Part shown: piece by piece, positions 12,058 through 23,300 of the stretch
Position numbering within the stretch: position 1 is the first letter of the stretch
Layout: each line of letters starts with the position of its first letter
Origin: Thecamonas trahens ATCC 50062
Taxonomy: Eukaryota > Protista > Apusomonadida
Reading direction: 5' to 3'
Assembly (NCBI RefSeq): GCF_000142905.1
Contig: NW_013657634.1
Span: 62,001 to 126,000 of the forward strand
Length of the DNA stretch: 64,000 nucleotides
Position numbers and translations under genes: made by a program
The notes under the pieces: generated by a model
Seen by the model: only the letters and a program-made list of their open reading frames with translations
Database searches by the model: none
Told to the model about the DNA's origin: nothing

Positions 12058-12118
<61 letters not shown>
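12036..12118 (+). repeat. (GAT)n microsatellite
   Basis: Directly visible. Lies at the end of a weak 131-aa ORF (11754-12149). Confidence 0.9.
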
Positions 12119-12314
12119 GTACCATGACGATGATGAGTACCATCAGTAACTACTCGTCTCTTTTCTGTTTTCATCGTGGCGGTGAAGCGGGCGAGCGATG
12201 CGGTGGGAAGGTGGACGGGGCAAACGAGTGCGACTCGGCAAACGAGCGAAAGTGAAGAGTGTGACGGACGGGTCGACGACGGTGGGCGCCACGTGACTCA
12301 CCGACAAGGCGAGT

Positions 12315-14897
12315 ATGGAAGGTAGAGAAGAGGCAGAAGAGTGCTGGTCTCGGTGGAAGATGATTATTACAATATGGATGTGTATGTGTATTGTCGGCGT
12401 TGTAGGAGCAGCTGCTGGCTCGTTGGTGGCTGAAATGCAAGCCGTCCCCTCTGGCTGCTCCCTCGGAAGGGAGAACATTGTGGTCGAAGATAGCCATGTG
12501 CTCCTCTGCTGTCCACGTCTTTATGGCCGCCTCTGGGCAATGTTCCATCTCAGACTCTCTTCGCCACGTAACGATTCTTTTGCTGTTCAAGTCATCTCCA
12601 AATGGCTGCCATCGTCGTCGTCGTCGTCGTCGACATCATCTCCGTCATCGTTGTGGTCACCTTCACCGCTACTGTTCTCGCCTGCTACACAACACCATCA
12701 GGCGATGTCGTCGTCGGCAAGATGTACGCTACCAGAAGCAGCAGCGCTAGAGGCAGGTGCTACCGAGACGGCTGTGTGGCGGAGTCTGGCGCCGTCCAAG
12801 GATGAGGTGGGCGTAGTGGAGGCCAATGGCAAGTTTCCGGCCATGCGGCCGTGGATGGCTGCCAGTCGTGATGGCGGAGGCCCGCATCCGGACGTTGCAG
12901 TGTATGCAGTCCGGGTTGTGTGCCGGAACTGGTTCAAGCCGTGCCGCATCGTCGTGAGCCATGCAGAGGTGGACCAGCCGCATACAGGGATTGTGCCGAG
13001 GAGCATCGCCGCGATGGCGGCGGCTTGGTCTGGCGGCTTGGCATGGATTGCAGTGTACGGGCCGGGCTTGTTGCTGGCGGCAGCAGTGGTGCTCGCGCCG
13101 CGACGCTCGTGGAGTATTGCGCGTTCGCTGCGTGACCGGGTGCTGGCGGCAATTGTTCCTGCCGCGCATCGGCCGGCGGTGGTGCTTGCGCTGCGCGAGC
13201 GGCGGTGGGTGCGGGCGCTTAGCGAGGCCACACCGGACAATGACGACGATGCAGCAGCACCGCAGCTGCGGTTGCTCGGACGCAAGGTGGAACCCGCCGA
13301 GGCAGAGGCGCTCCAGCAGATGCGCGCGGTGTATGCGCAGCGACGGACGGCACTCGCGGCGCGGGCGGTGCGCGGAAGTGCGCCGCGGGTATGGGATGTG
13401 GCGGACACGTCGGTGGAAGCAGTGCTAGGGTATGTGGCCCGGGCTCGCGATGCCGAGCTCCGAGCACCGGTGCTTGCGGTCGGACTGGAGCCGCTGGGCG
13501 AGGCTGCGGCTGGTATGGCAGCGGCGCTTGCTGAGGACGAGTACTCGCAGTACGTGCGGCACACGGCGAATGGACTACTGCCTGCCCGCGACCTGGCGGC
13601 AGCGCGGGCGCTCGGCGCGTTTGCTGGCAAGTGCTTTGCTGAAGGAGTCAGCTTTCCGCTCCGCTACGCCGCAGACGTCTACCGCGAGCTGGTGGCGCGG
13701 CCCGATCGCGGGCGGGCGGCTTTGAGCGAGCTTGACGGTGGCATCGGCGCGTTTGTCAGCAGCTTTTGGCGAGTGGCCGATAGCGGAACTGGACTTGCTG
13801 AGGTAGTGCGGCTGATGAGCGCCGAGGCAGTGGCAACGCTTGTGTTGAGCCCGGCGGTTGTCGATCGGCGGAGCGTGGTAAGCGCGCTGCAGTGGCGACG
13901 CGGGCGGGATGACGGCGAGGCGCAGAGGTGGTTGAGCGAGCTACTGGTCTCGCTCGACGAGGCTACGATGGCGCTGGTGGCGGTCGCGGTGTTTGGGCGC
14001 GAGGTGCTGATGAGCGGGAAGCCCGGTGGGCGGGCGGTGGTGGCGCTCGGTGGGCGACTGGCCATGGTGAGACGTGGCGTTGTGGTTGTCCCCCACGCTG
14101 CAGCCAACCAGGCCGAGTTCAACTTGCTTGTCGTCTCTGCGCTCGGACTGGACGGTCTACGGCTGGCGTGCTGTGTCTGCCAGTACGAGGCGCGCGAGAG
14201 TGAGGGACTGCGATGCGAGGCCGGGCACTTTGTTTGTGCGCTCTGCTTTGACCAGTCTGTCCGAGTCCAGGTGGCACCCGAGTGCCTGGGGCAGTTCCGG
14301 GCAGCCGGCGCGCGCATTGTCTGCCCGCTCTTTACGGGCGAGCGAGGCGGGTGCACCGCGTCGCCGTTTACGATCGAAGAAGTGACGGGATGGGGAGGCG
14401 AGGCAAGCCGGGCGTTCCTGGCTGCGCGCGAGGCAGTCCGTGAGGGAGCCATGACCGAGCGGCTGGAGCAGGAGTTTGAGGACCGGCTGGCGCAGCGGAT
14501 GGAGCGGGCGTTGGCGCAAGACGCCGAGTCGCAGGAGGTCGAGCGGGCAGCGCTGCATGTCCAGAACCAGATCCTCACCTTGCGATGCCCGTCGTGCACG
14601 ACTGCGTTCTTTGACTACGACGGATGTGCGGCGCTGCGGTGCGGGGCGTGCCAGGCCACGTTCTGCGCCCTCTGTCTCACCGCTTGCGACAGCTCGAATG
14701 CCACCCACCGGCACGTCCGGACCTGTGACCTCAATCCCAACCCGGGCTCATACTTTGTCCAGGCAGCGCAGTTCGAGGCTGTCCATCGGGTCCGCAAGCG
14801 TGACCTCCTCGCCGCCTACCTCGACACCCTCCCATACCACGTGGCGCAGCGGGTCCGCCACGAGCGACGGACAGACTTTGCGGATCTGTTAGCGTAG
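12315..14897 (+). CDS. Predicted membrane-anchored E3 ligase: degenerate HECT-like domain + RING1 + Rcat (RBR-type)
   Basis: Hydrophobic N-terminus and a TM segment (GLAWIAVYGPGLLLAAAVVLA). HECT-like ARALGAFAGKCF..G...PL..DVYREL. RING CCVC...CEAGHFVCALC...CP. Rcat CPSC...FDYDGCAALRCGACQATFCALC. Confidence 0.8.
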   Translation: MEGREEAEECWSRWKMIITIWMCMCIVGVVGAAAGSLVAEMQAVPSGCSLGRENIVVEDSHVLLCCPRLYGRLWAMFHLRLSSPRNDSFAVQVISKWLPSSSSSSSTSSPSSLWSPSPLLFSPATQHHQAMSSSARCTLPEAAALEAGATETAVWRSLAPSKDEVGVVEANGKFPAMRPWMAASRDGGGPHPDVAVYAVRVVCRNWFKPCRIVVSHAEVDQPHTGIVPRSIAAMAAAWSGGLAWIAVYGPGLLLAAAVVLAPRRSWSIARSLRDRVLAAIVPAAHRPAVVLALRERRWVRALSEATPDNDDDAAAPQLRLLGRKVEPAEAEALQQMRAVYAQRRTALAARAVRGSAPRVWDVADTSVEAVLGYVARARDAELRAPVLAVGLEPLGEAAAGMAAALAEDEYSQYVRHTANGLLPARDLAAARALGAFAGKCFAEGVSFPLRYAADVYRELVARPDRGRAALSELDGGIGAFVSSFWRVADSGTGLAEVVRLMSAEAVATLVLSPAVVDRRSVVSALQWRRGRDDGEAQRWLSELLVSLDEATMALVAVAVFGREVLMSGKPGGRAVVALGGRLAMVRRGVVVVPHAAANQAEFNLLVVSALGLDGLRLACCVCQYEARESEGLRCEAGHFVCALCFDQSVRVQVAPECLGQFRAAGARIVCPLFTGERGGCTASPFTIEEVTGWGGEASRAFLAAREAVREGAMTERLEQEFEDRLAQRMERALAQDAESQEVERAALHVQNQILTLRCPSCTTAFFDYDGCAALRCGACQATFCALCLTACDSSNATHRHVRTCDLNPNPGSYFVQAAQFEAVHRVRKRDLLAAYLDTLPYHVAQRVRHERRTDFADLLA

Positions 14898-15053
14898 TGA
14901 AGCAATGAATGGCAGATCCACAGCGGTATGGAGCAGCAGCAGTTCCGGGCAGTGAACGGAGCGGCTTACTCCGTCTGACTGACCAACTGATGATGGTGAC
15001 CGACTAGATGACAAACCGCTGACGAGTATCATCAATACCGCTTCTTCGTCAGC

Positions 15054-15200
15054 TCAAAGTCGAAAAGCATCCACGATCCACGCACGCAGGAGCATCATCT
15101 TCTCGGCGCGCAGAGCCGAAAGGCGGTTCCGCTTCTTCGTCATCATGTCCGTTGCCACCGAGGTGAGCCGTTCGATGCTGGCAACGGAGGCAAGATCAAG
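15054..15200 (-). mobile_element. hAT transposase C-terminal dimerisation-domain remnant
   Basis: ASVASIERLTSVATDMMTKKRNRLSALRAEKMMLLRAW fits the hAT consensus S...ER.FS....i.t..RNRL....ve.l.....W. The rest of the transposase is absent. Confidence 0.75.
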
Positions 15201-15341
15201 CTGGACATCCACCTCAAATGAGTTCAGCGCGGACCTGTATGCGCACGTAGCCTTGATGTTCTTCTTGCTGATGAAGTGACGCATCGTGGTTGTGGCCTTG
15301 GACGAGCGGGAGAGCACCAGTTGTCTCGACTCTCGCTGCAC

Positions 15342-16505
15342 ATGTCGTCTGACTCGGGATCTGTGAGTGCGTCGCCGACATCAGCCTCGACGTCATCGGC
15401 GTCCTCGACCGGGCGATCAGGACGGTCGACTAGCAGCAGTAGTAACAGCGACAACAACACCAATCTGCGAAGGGCAGAGCGGGCGAGGCGAAGGCAGCGG
15501 CAGACCAAGCAGCGGCGGCCATCGCCCGATCTGAGCTCGACATCCGAGGACGAGTTCAGGGGGAAAAATCGCCGTAGCCGGGGCAAAGGCAAAGGCAAGG
15601 AGGGCAAGGGCAAGGGCAAGGGCGACCATGGGCGGGCCGATGAGCCTCATGTGGAGCCGCGGTACTATGCACTGCAGAGCAGGGATGAGATCTCGCTCTC
15701 TGAACTGCTTGGCGAGGACAGTAGCGGCCTGGATTGGCTCTCGGCGGCGGGGCTGATGCCCCGCCGGCGGCGACGGATTGAAGCTGTGTTGTTCTGCGAC
15801 GCCCACAACGTGCTCGAGGTCGGCGGCGAGCTCAACGGAGCTGTGGTAGCATTGTTGAACAAGGCCATGGCTGCAGGCGTCTACGTTGTGGTACTCTCGT
15901 GGGTCGGCTGGACCTCGCTAGCCAAGGTCGCCCAAGACATTGCCCACATGGCCGCCGGTCTTGGCTCTGGCACCTGCTCCGGCTCTGGTTCTGGCTCCGG
16001 CTCCGACTCTGGCTCTGGCGGGCTGCGACTGGACCACCGGGTGCCGATTGTGACATGCACGGGCAATCGAGTGGCCAAGATGGCGCTGGTGGGGATGGTG
16101 GCCGACGTACTCGAACAGCCTGTGGCTCTCCTCGATGACTCGGACCGCAATCTCGAGGCCGCCTTTTCAACGAGCAACATGGCAGCTGTGGCCGAGGGCT
16201 TTGGCGTGATGCCATCGATCACTGGTCTTTACATGCTGTATGTCAAGAAGGGAACTCGTGCAGAGGGCGGTGTCGTTTCGGGACGACAGTACAAGCGGCG
16301 GGTCCGCAAGACCGTCGAGAGCGCGCTCGCCGTCGCCGATCGCTGCGAGGCCGAGGAGGCCGGCGGCGCAGCGTACGTCCTCGCCCACACAGTGATTGTC
16401 GCCGACTCGGCCAGGGTCATTCCTCGGCACGGCTTGCCGGACTCGCCGGTAGTCGTCCCCCTCAAGCTCAGGCAGCTGCTCAAGGCCATGGATGGGGCCC
16501 AGTAA
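15342..16505 (+). CDS. HAD-superfamily-like protein with low-complexity Ser/Arg/Lys N-terminus
   Basis: hhhCDAHNVL (motif I variant), VVVLSW (motif II), conserved Lys, and ALLDDSDRN (motif IV). Confidence 0.6.
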   Translation: MSSDSGSVSASPTSASTSSASSTGRSGRSTSSSSNSDNNTNLRRAERARRRQRQTKQRRPSPDLSSTSEDEFRGKNRRSRGKGKGKEGKGKGKGDHGRADEPHVEPRYYALQSRDEISLSELLGEDSSGLDWLSAAGLMPRRRRRIEAVLFCDAHNVLEVGGELNGAVVALLNKAMAAGVYVVVLSWVGWTSLAKVAQDIAHMAAGLGSGTCSGSGSGSGSDSGSGGLRLDHRVPIVTCTGNRVAKMALVGMVADVLEQPVALLDDSDRNLEAAFSTSNMAAVAEGFGVMPSITGLYMLYVKKGTRAEGGVVSGRQYKRRVRKTVESALAVADRCEAEEAGGAAYVLAHTVIVADSARVIPRHGLPDSPVVVPLKLRQLLKAMDGAQ

Positions 16506-16519
16506 ACGGTGGCAGCATG

Positions 16520-17176
16520 CTACAGCTCGTCGTTGTCGTTGACGATGTACTCGGAGGGCTTCCTGGCCTTGGGCTTGGCCTTCGCCTTGGCCTTGGGCTT
16601 GGCCTTCGCCTTGGCCTTTTGGGCACCGGAGGCAGCCTTCTGGTTCTTCATCTGCTTCAGGATGCGGACCATATTCGGGTCTGTGGCCTGCGGCTTGATC
16701 TTGAACCCGAGCTGCTTCTCCAGCTCTGCGTACAGCTCTGCGTTCTCCTCCTGCTGGCTCTGCATCGACTTGATGACAGCATCGATATCAATATCCTCTG
16801 GCGAAAAGGAGTTCGGCTGGCCATTGCTGGCACTCGAGCTGGCACCAGCACCATGAGCAGACTCAGCGTCATCGATGGCGTTTGCTGAGATGATGGGCTT
16901 GTCCCAGTTGGCCGCCAGCAGCTCAACATACTCGATCTTGTCGGTGCAACCCCGGCAGACCAATCCACGTGCGTCCAGCTCTTTGCGCAGCATCTTGCCA
17001 CGCATCCGGCGCAGCTCATCCATGGTGGGTGCCTTCCCCTTGCCCATCGCCACCTCCTCAGTCGTCGTCGTGGTCGTTGTCGTCGTCGCCTCTTCAGCCA
17101 GACTAATCCTCGTCATTGCCGCCAGTACAGCCACCGTCACCGCCACCGCCATCAGCATCTGCATGTGGTATGTCAT
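16520..17176 (-). CDS. ER-luminal protein with ARMET/MANF C-terminal SAP-like domain
   Basis: Signal peptide, LRRMRGKMLRKELDARGLVCRGCTDKIEYV (CxxC ARMET_C-like) and C-terminal NDEL retention signal. Confidence 0.75.
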   Translation of the reverse strand: MTYHMQMLMAVAVTVAVLAAMTRISLAEEATTTTTTTTTEEVAMGKGKAPTMDELRRMRGKMLRKELDARGLVCRGCTDKIEYVELLAANWDKPIISANAIDDAESAHGAGASSSASNGQPNSFSPEDIDIDAVIKSMQSQQEENAELYAELEKQLGFKIKPQATDPNMVRILKQMKNQKAASGAQKAKAKAKPKAKAKAKPKARKPSEYIVNDNDEL

Positions 17177-17432
17177 AACGTATGTATGTGTGTATGTGGG
17201 TATGAGTGGGGTGTGTGGGCGTGGGGTGTGGTGGCCCCATCAGCTGGCTGCCCTAGTTGGGGTTGTGACTGCCCCCAGCCCCGTGCCCCCCCTGTCACTT
17301 TGGCCCAGCAGCGGACAGACAACAGGCACATGCTCGCCAGCGCCAACCAGGCACACCCCACTCCCCACACGGGGGAACATGTCAAGTATACACATAGAAG
17401 GAGAGTCACGTCGACTGAGTGGTGGCAGTGAC

Positions 17433-17487
17433 GGTGGTGGTGGTGGTGGTGGTGGTGGTGGTGGTGGTGGTGGTGGTGGTGGTGGTG
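17433..17487 (+). repeat. (GGT)n microsatellite
   Basis: Directly visible. Confidence 0.9.
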
Positions 17488-17846
17488 GGCTGGGAGCTGT
17501 GGGAAGAGGCACTGCTGGGCATGGGCAGAGGCGGACAAGTCACCGACAGGGCCACGGACAGGGCCACGGACAGGGTCACGGACAAGGTTCCAAGCAAGGT
17601 TATGGACAAGATCAACATGATTACAGACACGGGCGGCAAGGTCACGGGCAGAGTCATCATCGACAGGATCAACGTCAGCACGATCATCGTCATCGTTCTC
17701 GTCGTCAGGCCGGTTTGGAGACTGACCGGACAGGAGGGGGCAAAGGTGGAGATGAAGATGGGCATGTTGGTGTGCAGTCACCGCTAGTGCTCAAGGGCCG
17801 GTAGATCGAGGTGGAGGCCGATCACAGGCGGAACGAGGCCGATCGT

Positions 17847-19988
17847 ATGGAATCGCTTAAGAGCCTGTTTGTTTTGGTACGATGCTGCGTGAGGTCGTGT
17901 GCGTGGAGATGGAGACTGCGTAGATGCGTGTGAGAGGGGGGGGAGGGGGGGGGGGGGGGGGGGGGGAGGCAGGTTGTGTGACTCATGGAGGGGAGCTTCT
18001 CGGGTGCAGGAACCGCATCCGCTGCTCCACGAGAGCGATGAGTCGGCGTGGGAGATCCAGCTGGCAACCGCACGACAGCGGCACCTACAGCGGATTGCAG
18101 AGCGCGAGGCAAAGGTGGCCACGTCGCCGACCAAGCGCGGGCGGTCTCGCTCGCAGTCGAGACCCGGGTCGGGACGAGCGCGGTCGCGGTCGCAGTCGCG
18201 CCAGGGCACAACAACCAGTAGTGGCGAGTATGTAGGGCCGGAGAGGACCCGCCGGCGATCCGGCGCGCACGCACCACTAGAAGCCATTGCTGATAGCGAC
18301 GAGAATGGCGAGGGCGCTACTTTTGCCAAGCCTGTCTTGATTGCGGCAAGAGCAAGACAACATGGCACGCCCAGCTCGCGGGCGAGTAGTGGCGCTTCTG
18401 AGACCGAACAGGCGATGGCCAAATGGCAACAGCGAGCGCGGAAGCGGCGGTCCTCCATCTCAATGCTCCCAGGCGACGAGTTCTCCTCTTTGGCGTACTC
18501 AGCCCGGGTGACCGGCGGTGGCTCTTCGAGTCTGGCTGCTAGCAGCAAGAAGATGACCAGCTCGTCGAACTCGGTGGTAAGCAGCTCGCGCAGTAGCAAG
18601 AGCAGCGGACGGCAGCGGACGCAGCGACGAACACGGACCAAGAACCGAGCAAAGACGCGGACCAAGACGCGGACCAAGACGCGGACCAAGACGCGGACAG
18701 GCAGCGAACGCAGCCAGCGCAGCGAACGAAGCGAGCCCGACCCTCCGCGGCTCTGGGCGCGACAGCAGGCGCAGCGACGGGCGGATGATGAACCGTCCAT
18801 CTTCTCAAAGCGAGCTGCCAAGGACGCAGCTGAGCAACGGCGGCAGGCCCGCGAAAGGGCACATGCCGAGGCTCGACTCACAGTCCAGGCCGAGCGGGAG
18901 GCCGAAGAGCGAGCGCGGCGCGAGATCGCTGCGCAGGAGGAGGCTGAGCGCGAGGCGGTGCGGCAAGCGGAGCGGATGGCGCGGATCAAGACCTTTACCG
19001 CGCAGCTTGCGTTGGAGCAGGCACAGGAGGCTGAGCGGGCGGCGGCGGCAAAAAGACCGCCGGCGAGCGACGGCTCCTCGAGTCGACTGTCTCTGCACTC
19101 ATGCACACGGTCGAAGCCAAGCGCAAGGAGTCGAACGAGAACAAGCTCGAGGTGCTCGAACGGATCCGGTCCAAAATGCGTGAGCGCGCCAAGGCTGTCC
19201 AATACCGGCGACGGGTCCAGCAGGAGGCCGAGGCCGCGCGTAAGGCCGAGATCAAGGCCGAGCAGGAGCGCCGCCGTGACGTGCTTCGTCGGCAGCGCGA
19301 GAAGCGAGTGGCCAAGCGTGCGCTCGAGGAGTCTGCCGCCCGCGACCTCCGGCGAGCGGCCGAGACCAAGCTCCTCGACTCGCTTGCCCAGGAGCGCGAC
19401 CAAGTCTGCTCGCTCCTCCGCATGCGTAATCTCATGCTCGAGCTCCTCGACGTGACCCTGCCTGACCGCGAGCAGCTTGATGCTGAGGCTGCGGGTCTCC
19501 GCGACGAGTCGCCGTTCGACTGGGACGCCGTCGCCGCCCGCCAGGCCACCCGCCAAGAGCTTGTCCTTCGCCGCCGCCGCCAGATGGGTAAGCTTCTTGA
19601 CCAAATGGAGGTTGCTCGGAGGCAGGAGGCTGTCTGGCTCGAGCTGGATCGAGCACAGATGTTCGAGGCCTCCATCAAGGACATCGACGTGCTGACTACT
19701 CAGCTCAATCTGAGCCAGAACGCGTCACGCGCACAACCGGCCGCCGCGCTGTCATCGTCCGAGACCTCTGCCGCGTCCGAGAGCGAGGACGGGTCGTCGC
19801 CGTTCGTGCCGAAGGCGTCGCCGCGACGGAAGCTCCCGCGGCCGACGCCGCCGTCGCCGGCACGTCCCAAGCGGACCAGTCACCGTGCGGCTGCACGCAT
19901 TGCCCCCCACCACCCTCCATCATTGCGCACCCACGGAGCGCACACTGCCCTCACCAAGGCTTTTCTCGACTCGATGCAGCTCGAGTAG
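17847..19988 (+). CDS. Coiled-coil, RS-rich protein; intron 17877-18009; apparent frameshift at A5 run near 19050-19054; may begin upstream at 17378 through a TAG at 17802
   Basis: MESLKSLFVL|GTACGA ... GTGCAG|EPHPLL joins in phase 0. An E/R/A-rich helix continues as KTAGERRLLESTVSALMHTVEAK in the next frame. Confidence 0.65.
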
Positions 19989-20349
19989 CAGCTCCGCGCT
20001 AGCCGCGCAGGCGCGCGGTACACGGCTCCCGTCCCGAAAAAAGTATTGCGCTAGCACCCACGAAAGACCATTCGACGCCACGCTCCGGTCATGGTACGTA
20101 CACAAGCGGGCGACAGAGGGTAGCGAGCAATACAGCGAGCAATGTCGTTAGTAGAAAGGTGCTGAGCTACATATTAGTGCCTTTAGGGTGGTTAGGGGAT
20201 GCTTAGGCGTGTCAGGCGGAGTTGTTGCTCGTGCGGAAGTCGGAGCTTGTCAGCTTCTCCGTGTGTGGCACGTCGTGCGGGACCACGATTTACCCATGGG
20301 CGCACAGACAAGGATGGGCCGCGCGTTTAGCGGGCTAAGAGTGCACGAG

Positions 20350-23300
20350 ATGACCACTGTCATTGTGCTGTTGTGCTTGCTGAGCATGGGTGCGAGTGAG
20401 CGGCCAGTCGGCATGCCTGACGCGGCCGAGTGCCTGTTCACGAGCATGCCAACTCCCGAGTCAAACATGAACCAGACTACCACCAGCATTCGGTACCGCG
20501 GGCTGTCTATGAGCAACTTGACCGGCATTGTGACGCGTGTGACGTACGGATGGTTTGTGCCGCACGGCATCAACACCACGATCTTTGTCTCGAGCATTCC
20601 TAATCCGGCCACCAAGGTGTCGGACCCGGCGGAGCGGCAAGGAACGTGGTCTCTGGTCTACAATCAGCAGGCGTCGCTGGTCCAAGTCCCGCAGCGGCCG
20701 TCGCGGTACTACGACGACCTTGTCCCAGGCATCCGCATTGAGGCTGGAATGCGAGCTGCTATTGGCTTTACCGTTGAAGCCGGGTACACATGGCCGATCT
20801 ACTCTTTCGGCATGGAGCTGGTGGTGAGGTGCGGCGAGACAGACTACGACATCGACATGTTCTTTTCTCAGAGCACGGCGCCGCCGATGTACAGCTACCG
20901 TGGGATCGGGAACCTTGTCGGGCAAGACATCGAGGTGACGGTCAAGCCGTACTGCACACAGCTTCCGCCGCTGTTTGAGGCGCAGTCGATTGCGCCGTCG
21001 CTCGACGGATACGAGGTCTATCCCGCGGGCAGCTACACCGTGGTGTGCTCGACAGGCACGCCTGCCATCGCAACGCTGACGTGCAATGCAACGACACTGG
21101 CCTGGAGCGCTGGCGCGCCGTGCGAGTGCTCGCCGGCGCAGCTACCGGATGTTGCCAATGGCGGCGTGACGCTCATCGCATCACTTGCGCCGTACATCGG
21201 GTACAGCTTCTCGTGCGATGTGGGCTTTCACGCGCTGAACAACCCGATCCGCAACACCACGTGTGTAGGCGGAGTGTGGACACCAGACCCTTTCACTCCT
21301 GCGTATCCTGCCTGCGTCCGCAAAGCGTGCCCAGCGCTGCCGACAGTGGCCGGGCGGACGCTGTCGGCAACGAGCGGTGTCTACGAGGATGTGATTACCG
21401 TCAGCTGCGCGAAGGGGTATGTGCTTGAGGGATCAGCCAACTCGAGCTGTGATGCCAACGGAGCTTGGTTCCCACCGGTTGGCGTCTGTCGCATCGTGCA
21501 GTGTGCGGGATACTCGGTGGTCAACGCGGTGACGAGCTGCGCCACGAGCAACTACACGAGTGTGTGCGACGTCGACTGCGGGCCGGTCAATCTTGCCGGC
21601 CCGCGCAACAAGACGTGCTCAGCGAGCGGCGAGTGGATCCCGGCTGCACTCCAGCGGTGCACCAGCATCGACTGCGGACCGTGCCCAGTGGCGACCGGCA
21701 ACTCGACGGTCTCGACGCCAGACATCCCGGGCACGCTCGAGTCGAACCGATGCTTTACATCGTGCGATGCCGGGTTCTCGCTCTTTGGCCCGCCGGCGCG
21801 GGTGTGCAACGGATCAGCCGAATGGGCCAGCAGCGGTGCAGTTGACTGCAGACTCGACTGCTTGCCGTATGCTCCGCCGACAGACGGGTATCTCGAGAGC
21901 GAGTGCGCGAGCAGCGCGTCGATGTTTGGCGCAACCTGCACTGCGAGATGCAACGTTGGCTACGGGCCAATTGTGGGTGGCGATGAGGTGCGGGTGTGCG
22001 GAGCGACGACGGAGGGCGCATGGGGCGGGAGGCGGCCAGTTGAGTGTCCGATTGTTGACTGTGGGAGGTTGGTGCTGGGCAGGGTTGCGGAGCAGAGCGC
22101 GTGGAACGGAAGCGTCGAGTGCGAGGCGACGACGTATCAATCGTCGTGCGCAGTGGTGTGCGCGAGGGGGTATGTTCTCAATGGCAACCTCTCGCGCGAC
22201 GTCGGATCGCCAGCCTGTCTCGCGTCTGGAAGCTGGAGCGAGGAGCTTGCGTGCCTGCCGTGCCCGGAGGGTACGTTCTACGTGGCGCGAGCGGATCGGG
22301 CGGAGGAGGGCGCGGTGGTGTGCGCGATGTGCCCACTCGGCGGCGTGTGCGATGGCGGCGCAAGCGTGCCGCGAGCGGCGCCCGGCTGGTTCCGCAATGC
22401 AGATGGGAGTTTTCAGCCGTGTGTGCCTGCGTTTGCTTGCCAGGGCGACAATGTGTGCGCGACGGGCCACGCCGGACGGCTGTGCGCGTCTTGCTCGCCA
22501 TCGCACTTTCGAACGGACGACGGCGGATGCAAGCCGTGCTCGCCGGCGACGGTGTACTTGGTCATTGCGCTGCTTGTCTTTCTGGTACTGATGGGCATCT
22601 TGCTGTTCAAGCTCGCCAAGCGGGCGACGGCATACTTTGCCTCGCTCTCTGTGGCGTTCAACTTTTTCCAAATCCTCGCGATTCTCTCGTCGTTTGATCT
22701 CAAGTGGCCGCGGTTTGTGCAGGCCTTTCTTGCCTTTTTCAAGGTCTTCAACTTTAACGTGGCGATCTTCAATCCCAAGTGCGCGGTGTCTGGCGGAGGC
22801 GGCTCGCCGTTTCTCTTTGTGTACTATGGCAAGCTCCTTGTGCCGTTTATTGCGCTTGCGCTCTTTGGCCTTGGGCTCGGTTGCGTGTGGGCGTACTACT
22901 ATGTGTATTCTCGGTTCCTCAATCCACGGGCGTTTGACGTGTGCGCCGACTCGCGTGGCGACGTGATCGACGAGCTGGAGCATGGCGGCGAAGTCGGCCG
23001 AGCCGGGGACGACGGCAGCGGTTTTGTTGACGACGATGAGGGGCCGATGGGCGCGGGCCGGCTGGCGGCCGAGGCAAGCTCGTGCTGGCCGCATCTCAGC
23101 CGGGCCGGGGCCGAGGAGACGAGCTGGCGTTGTGTCAACGCGCTTCTCTCGTTCATGGCGCTGGTGTATCTGCTTGTGACTGCGACGGCGATGCAGATTT
23201 ACGCGTGCACACAGCAGGTGGACGGGCGTATCACGCTCGATGTCGAGTCTGCGATCCTGTGCACATCTGAGACGTACCGACTGATGCGGATGGCGTCGAT

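Noticed and set aside
11690-12149. Possible gene or pseudogene (YVKLVFSHGVLT*LLRFAVLG...poly-Asp)
   Set aside because: No start or consistent splice model, and no recognisable homology.
17784-19684. 606-aa and 229-aa minus-strand ORFs
   Set aside because: Antisense shadows of the coiled-coil gene.
20181-20208. TTAGGG-like telomeric repeats
   Set aside because: Only three degenerate, non-tandem copies.
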